Shown here: piece after piece, positions 59,994-64,000 of the stretch
How the letters are laid out: each line of letters starts with the position of its first letter
Numbering within the stretch: the first letter of the stretch is position 1
Source: an uncultured Candidatus Saccharibacteria bacterium
Lineage (GTDB): Bacteria > Patescibacteriota > Minisyncoccia > Phycocordibacterales > PALSA-1337
Direction: 5' to 3'
NCBI GenBank assembly: GCA_964470105.1
Contig: CAYXZI010000001.1
Location: 37,521-101,520, forward strand
DNA: 64,000 nt
Program-made: the position numbers and the translations under genes
The notes under the pieces: model-generated
What the model was told of the DNA's origin: nothing
Database searches by the model: none
Seen by the model: only the letters and a program-made list of their open reading frames with translations

Positions 59994-60158
59994 CTATTTA
60001 CCTTCATCAACTATTTCTGTTTCTACTCCACCTTCTTGTACTTTTTTAATAAGTAGTGTTATTCCACAAAAATTACATTCTATAACCATACCCTCTTTAA
60101 CTGATGGGTAACGTGACAAATCAATCTGATTTTTACATTCTGGACAAGTTGTTTTCAT
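59994..60158 (-). CDS. Small zinc-ribbon protein, LysW-like architecture
   Basis: 54 aa; MKTTCPECKNQI...VKEGMVIECNFCGITLLI (CxxC-19-CxxC) with an acidic C-terminal tail; size and layout resemble LysW/ArgW carrier proteins but the tail is not EDWGE. Confidence 0.35.
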   Translation of the reverse strand: MKTTCPECKNQIDLSRYPSVKEGMVIECNFCGITLLIKKVQEGGVETEIVDEGK

Positions 60159-60210
60159 ATATTGGATAACTGACCTTCTAATACTAACCAAAACGTTGTA
60201 ATATATCAAG

Positions 60211-61086
60211 ATGATAACACGCAATGAAGAGTACCCGAAACTAGCTCAGGCCCTAGAGATGAGTAAACTATTTTTTAAACGTGAAGATCTACACCCATAT
60301 GGTTCACATAAAGGACGATCGATACCTGTGATGATTGATAAATATATTCATGATGGTATCAGACATTTTGCAGTATCATCATCTGGTAATGCCGCATTAG
60401 CTGCCGCTCATTACATTACAAAGATTAATAAGGACAAACAATTAAGCATTACCTTGGATATTCTTGTTGGCCAACATATTACAAAAAAGAAACTTGGTAA
60501 ACTAGAACAATTCAGAGACAATTTGATTAAGGTAACTATGCATGATAGACCTCTTCAAACTCTTTTTAATATAGTTAAAGATCCAACAATTAAGGCTCTG
60601 AGACAGTCAAACGATGACACGGCACTCATTGGATACAAGTCCCTAGGTGAAGAACTACTTGAAATAAAAGATATAGAGGCAGTATTTATTGGTACATCTT
60701 CTGGGACTACCGCCCAGGCATTGGCGGAGTATTTCAAATCAATGAACCGACGCGTAGAAATACATGTTATACAAACATCATCATGTCATAATATTGCATC
60801 TGATTTTGTTGATGATCCATTAATAGAAGAGGTTTCAATTGCTGATGCAATAGTTGATCAAACCGCTCTACGCAAAGATGTGCTAAAGAAACTTATTGAG
60901 GACTGTGGTGGAAGCGGCTGGATAGTATCTAACGAACAAATAGAAGCGGCTAGAGATATGACGTATAAATATACTGATGTTAAAGTTTCTAACAATAGTG
61001 CATTATCTATCGCCGGATTAATGCAGGCTGTGTATACAGGAAAGTCTTGGAATGGTTCAGTTGTTTGTATGATATGTGGAGACTAA
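60211..61086 (+). CDS. PLP-dependent fold-type II enzyme, threonine-synthase-like
   Basis: FFKREDLHPYGSHKGRS (PLP Lys in the S-x-K-x-R context) and SSSGNAALAAAHY (ThrC-like STGNT..AALAAY motif). Confidence 0.65.
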   Translation: MITRNEEYPKLAQALEMSKLFFKREDLHPYGSHKGRSIPVMIDKYIHDGIRHFAVSSSGNAALAAAHYITKINKDKQLSITLDILVGQHITKKKLGKLEQFRDNLIKVTMHDRPLQTLFNIVKDPTIKALRQSNDDTALIGYKSLGEELLEIKDIEAVFIGTSSGTTAQALAEYFKSMNRRVEIHVIQTSSCHNIASDFVDDPLIEEVSIADAIVDQTALRKDVLKKLIEDCGGSGWIVSNEQIEAARDMTYKYTDVKVSNNSALSIAGLMQAVYTGKSWNGSVVCMICGD

Positions 61087-62402
61087 AGTGATCTTACTAT
61101 CTTAACAAACTTTTCACCCCTCTCTTTTCTTGAAATATCAATACCGACAGCATCAAATGCAGGACTAAATAATATCCTATCCCCTTTTTCTGAAGATTCG
61201 AAAGCAAATCTTACCGCATCATCAAGTGATATTGAGTTAGTTACTTTTAATCCATCAATCCTATTAAGATCTAATCGTATACCTAATGTTCCGCTACCAG
61301 AGAGAAGAATTACATGGTGGACATGTTCAGATATCACCTTAATCAAATCGCTATAATCATATCCTGTATACGCCCCACCCATAATCAGAACGACTCTTTT
61401 TCCTGTAGAATATATTGAGCGTATAGCTGATATTGTAGACTCTGGAGTGACCGAATGTGCATCATTAAAAAACTCAACCTGATTTACTTTTTTAACAAAT
61501 TCCATACATCCTTTTATGATAGGTAGTTCCTCTGTTGTCTCTTTAACCAATTCTGGATTTACTTTAAATAGTTCAGCCGCTTGAAGAACCAGAGCTAGAT
61601 TATCCCTATTATGTAATATCTTTTTATCTATGTCCCAATCATTAGGAATCATACTTCCCCGTGTTCTTAGAATTTTAGCCTTAGATGGAAAGTTTTTTTG
61701 CTCTTTAATTATATCGACAACATTGTCAGGAGCTATTATGAAGTTATTGTATGTCTGTGAATTCAGAATACCAAAGGATATTACGGAGGTTATAACAGCT
61801 ACATGAGGACTTATATTAATATTAGTATAGTAATTCATTAATTGCTCAGGTATTCTTGCCACAACCACATCATCTTTCTTGATTTTTCTTAAATGAACTA
61901 GAGCTCCACTACTTGAGTCTGGATCGATTAAAAAAATACCCTGATCTTTATAAAGTGCAAATGATCTTTTTAAAACAGCATATATCATCTTTGATACACT
62001 ACTTTTGCCATACTGACCAACTACTCCCACAAGAGTAATTGGTGGGGAAAGCTTGAAAAATAGTGTTTCTGGAAATTCAATCTGAATCTCTGCAGAAATA
62101 GCTTTTTTGAGAAAGAAAGACTTTTTAGATATCTCAGGTGAGATAATAATCAGGTCATAATTTATAAGAGATTCTGAATCAATTGACCCGAAAATTGTTT
62201 TATCTAATTTTAAATCCTTAAGATCTGGCAGAATATTCTTTAGTCTCTTTTCGCTCCTCATATCGTATATTGATACACTGGCCTTAGTTTTTGAAAGAAA
62301 CTTAATATCAGCCATCATTTCACCATGAGGTCCTAGACCGATTACCGCAATCCTCTTATCATTAAAATAGTCTTTATAGCTCACGGATACACAATATACC
62401 AA
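61083..62402 (-). CDS. murD: UDP-N-acetylmuramoyl-L-alanine--D-glutamate ligase MurD
   Basis: N-terminal Rossmann fold (IAVIGLGPHG), Mur ligase P-loop (GQYGKSSVSKM), NDAHSVTPEST (DSKAT-like motif), C-terminal SPAFDAV. Confidence 0.85.
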   Translation of the reverse strand: MVYCVSVSYKDYFNDKRIAVIGLGPHGEMMADIKFLSKTKASVSIYDMRSEKRLKNILPDLKDLKLDKTIFGSIDSESLINYDLIIISPEISKKSFFLKKAISAEIQIEFPETLFFKLSPPITLVGVVGQYGKSSVSKMIYAVLKRSFALYKDQGIFLIDPDSSSGALVHLRKIKKDDVVVARIPEQLMNYYTNINISPHVAVITSVISFGILNSQTYNNFIIAPDNVVDIIKEQKNFPSKAKILRTRGSMIPNDWDIDKKILHNRDNLALVLQAAELFKVNPELVKETTEELPIIKGCMEFVKKVNQVEFFNDAHSVTPESTISAIRSIYSTGKRVVLIMGGAYTGYDYSDLIKVISEHVHHVILLSGSGTLGIRLDLNRIDGLKVTNSISLDDAVRFAFESSEKGDRILFSPAFDAVGIDISRKERGEKFVKIVRSL

Positions 62403-62405
62403 ATA

Positions 62406-62723
62406 TCAATCACTATCAACTACGTCATTTTCTGCATTCTCAATTAGCTTTTTTACTTTAATCAATTCCTGCAATAGAGCTTGCATCTTTGTTGCCTCAT
62501 CATCTCCTATATAATCAAACATTGAGAATGATGATAACTTTCGTAAAAACAAATTATATATATCGTTAAAGTATTTCTCAAGAACTTCTATGTTACTCTG
62601 CGTATTCAGTCCAGAGTCTCTAACCGCATAGACATCAGCAGGACGACTCACTCCCTCAAAATACAAGTAATCATCCGATAGGATGCCATCAATTGATGGC
62701 GAACTTATTACATATGTTTTCAT
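62406..62723 (-). CDS. Hypothetical protein
   Basis: 105-aa ORF directly downstream of radC; acidic C-terminus; no motif. Confidence 0.3.
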   Translation of the reverse strand: MKTYVISSPSIDGILSDDYLYFEGVSRPADVYAVRDSGLNTQSNIEVLEKYFNDIYNLFLRKLSSFSMFDYIGDDEATKMQALLQELIKVKKLIENAENDVVDSD

Positions 62724-62751
62724 CTTTTAAATTATTAGTGAACATTTTTAA

Positions 62752-63498
62752 TTAATACTGAGCATTTATACTTAGATATGTACTTTTTGTGATTATTACA
62801 TGATCTAGTACATTAATACCGATAATCTTACCGGCCTGTATAAGTTGATGAGTAATTTCTATGTCTTGAGCACTTGGAGTTACCACATTTGATGGGTGAT
62901 TATGTGCCAGGACCAATGCAGCAGCACTGTACTCAATAGCTGGACGGAACACCTCCCTGGGGTGGACTATATTTGTATTAATTGTACCAATTGAAATAAC
63001 CTCATCATGTATCACCCTATTGTGACTATTTAAATACAAACCTCTTAAGTGTTCTTTCGGTAGGTTATGCATGTCTTGCAGGTACTCGTAGACATCTTTA
63101 GCATTTCTTATTACAGCAAAGCCTGATTCATTATTTTTATATATTCTTCTACCGATCTCGCCGCAAGCAATAATCTGAGCTGCCTTAATACGTGGAATAT
63201 TTAGTTCCTTTGAAAGTCTGTCTGTATCTCTTTCAGACATAATACTCTTCTCACCATACTCTTTTATTATTCTTGTAGACATTTCTAAGACACCCTCAAT
63301 TCTCGTACCGGTATTTAGTATAACAGCCAGCAATTCCTGAAGTGATAATGATTCTGGGCCTACTTTAATTAATTTCTCTCTTGGCTGATCATGTAATGGT
63401 AGATCGTGCACTCTCAATACATATTCCCTATCACTATCAAGGAATAAGTCTGATACTATCTGGTTATAATCACTCTTTAATTTATTGTTTACAGTCAT
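62752..63498 (-). CDS. radC: RadC-like JAB/MPN domain protein
   Basis: N-terminal HhH-like region (PREKLIKVGPESLSLQELLAVIL); C-terminal JAMM motif (ALVLAHNHPSNVVTPSAQD). Start at MTVNNK (ATG 63496-63498). Confidence 0.8.
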   Translation of the reverse strand: MTVNNKLKSDYNQIVSDLFLDSDREYVLRVHDLPLHDQPREKLIKVGPESLSLQELLAVILNTGTRIEGVLEMSTRIIKEYGEKSIMSERDTDRLSKELNIPRIKAAQIIACGEIGRRIYKNNESGFAVIRNAKDVYEYLQDMHNLPKEHLRGLYLNSHNRVIHDEVISIGTINTNIVHPREVFRPAIEYSAAALVLAHNHPSNVVTPSAQDIEITHQLIQAGKIIGINVLDHVIITKSTYLSINAQY

Positions 63499-63583
63499 GG
63501 ATAAATTATATCCATATACAAAATATGCCCGCAAGGGCATATTTCATGAAATTTTTATCAGAATTTCATAACTCTGTGGGTAA

Positions 63584-63985
63584 CTAGATCAAATCACCGA
63601 ATTTTTTGACTGAAACTGTGTTTTTCTTATCCAATACAAGCACCTTATCCCCTTTCTTTAATACATCTTTTGCATGTAATGCGACCTCAGATATATCTAC
63701 CGTCTTTACTTGGAAGCTTAGTACAGCATATGCCAATCTCAACTCTCTTTGATCCATATCATTTAAACATCCAGCAAATATAGTTGATTCAGGTCTATAT
63801 GAAGACATTGCCTTAACCAAATCAATATTTCCCATAGAAACAAATATGGCTTTTGCTTTCTCTTTGTTTGACTTATCTACAATCTTTTTTGCTAAATCAA
63901 ATACTTTTGACTTAACCTTTGGTGTTTGTGTAAAGTGAATTAATTCTGATCTCTTCTGTTCTGTATATCCCATTACTCTAGCCAT
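63584..63985 (-). CDS. Pyruvate-kinase C-terminal (alpha/beta) domain-like standalone protein
   Basis: AIFVSMGNIDLVKAMSSYRPESTIFAGCLNDMDQRELRLAYAV...GDKVLVL mirrors the PK_C pattern (TESGRTARLISKYRP.CPIIAVT...ARQL.L.WGV...GD.VVV); the N-terminus may lie beyond the window. Confidence 0.4.
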   Translation of the reverse strand: MARVMGYTEQKRSELIHFTQTPKVKSKVFDLAKKIVDKSNKEKAKAIFVSMGNIDLVKAMSSYRPESTIFAGCLNDMDQRELRLAYAVLSFQVKTVDISEVALHAKDVLKKGDKVLVLDKKNTVSVKKFGDLI

Positions 63986-64000
63986 AAGCTTTGTAGCCTC

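Overview
This is a dense, AT-rich bacterial chromosomal segment (roughly one-third GC by eye) with mostly short, tightly packed and often overlapping genes on both strands. The gene content suggests a reduced-genome Patescibacteria/CPR-like bacterium (inference). Core genes present are secA, pyrG, ligA, gatCA, a compact prfB, ftsEX, murB/murD/mraY/mpl-like, rsmI and a DEAD-box helicase. There are two separate type IV pilin loci, one with the prepilin peptidase PilD, plus many DUF and membrane proteins, and few biosynthetic genes. I hand-folded six tRNAs: Gln-CTG, Thr-CGT, Thr-GGT, Asp-GTC, Met-CAT and an initiator-like Met-CAT. No rRNA, CRISPR array, reverse transcriptase or transposase was seen.

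Most unusual features:
- Four short genes have clearly higher GC and different codon usage than their AT-rich flanks: 6318-6923, 27272-27790, 31050-31637 and 52445-52693. The last has third-position GC near 75%. Each sits in its own small cassette flanked by promoter-like sequence and/or strong GC hairpins.
- Two GC-rich, non-coding, structured elements lie between genes at 29362-29500 and 40100-40265. The second is bounded by a promoter-like TATAAT and an intrinsic terminator, upstream of the MGMT-prfB-ftsEX operon.
- A 13-nt palindromic arm recurs in two terminator-type hairpins.
- A membrane-anchored protein with an RNxxxH (HEPN/HepT-like) motif sits inside the tRNA cluster.
- An ATP-grasp protein and an NlpC/P60 peptidase form a convergent pair.
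- An ATE/Bpt-type aminoacyl-tRNA-protein transferase-like gene is embedded in the peptidoglycan gene block.
- A Com-type zinc ribbon is fused to a PAS domain next to a GAF protein.

All domain calls come from motif recognition in the translated ORFs by eye. No database search was possible.
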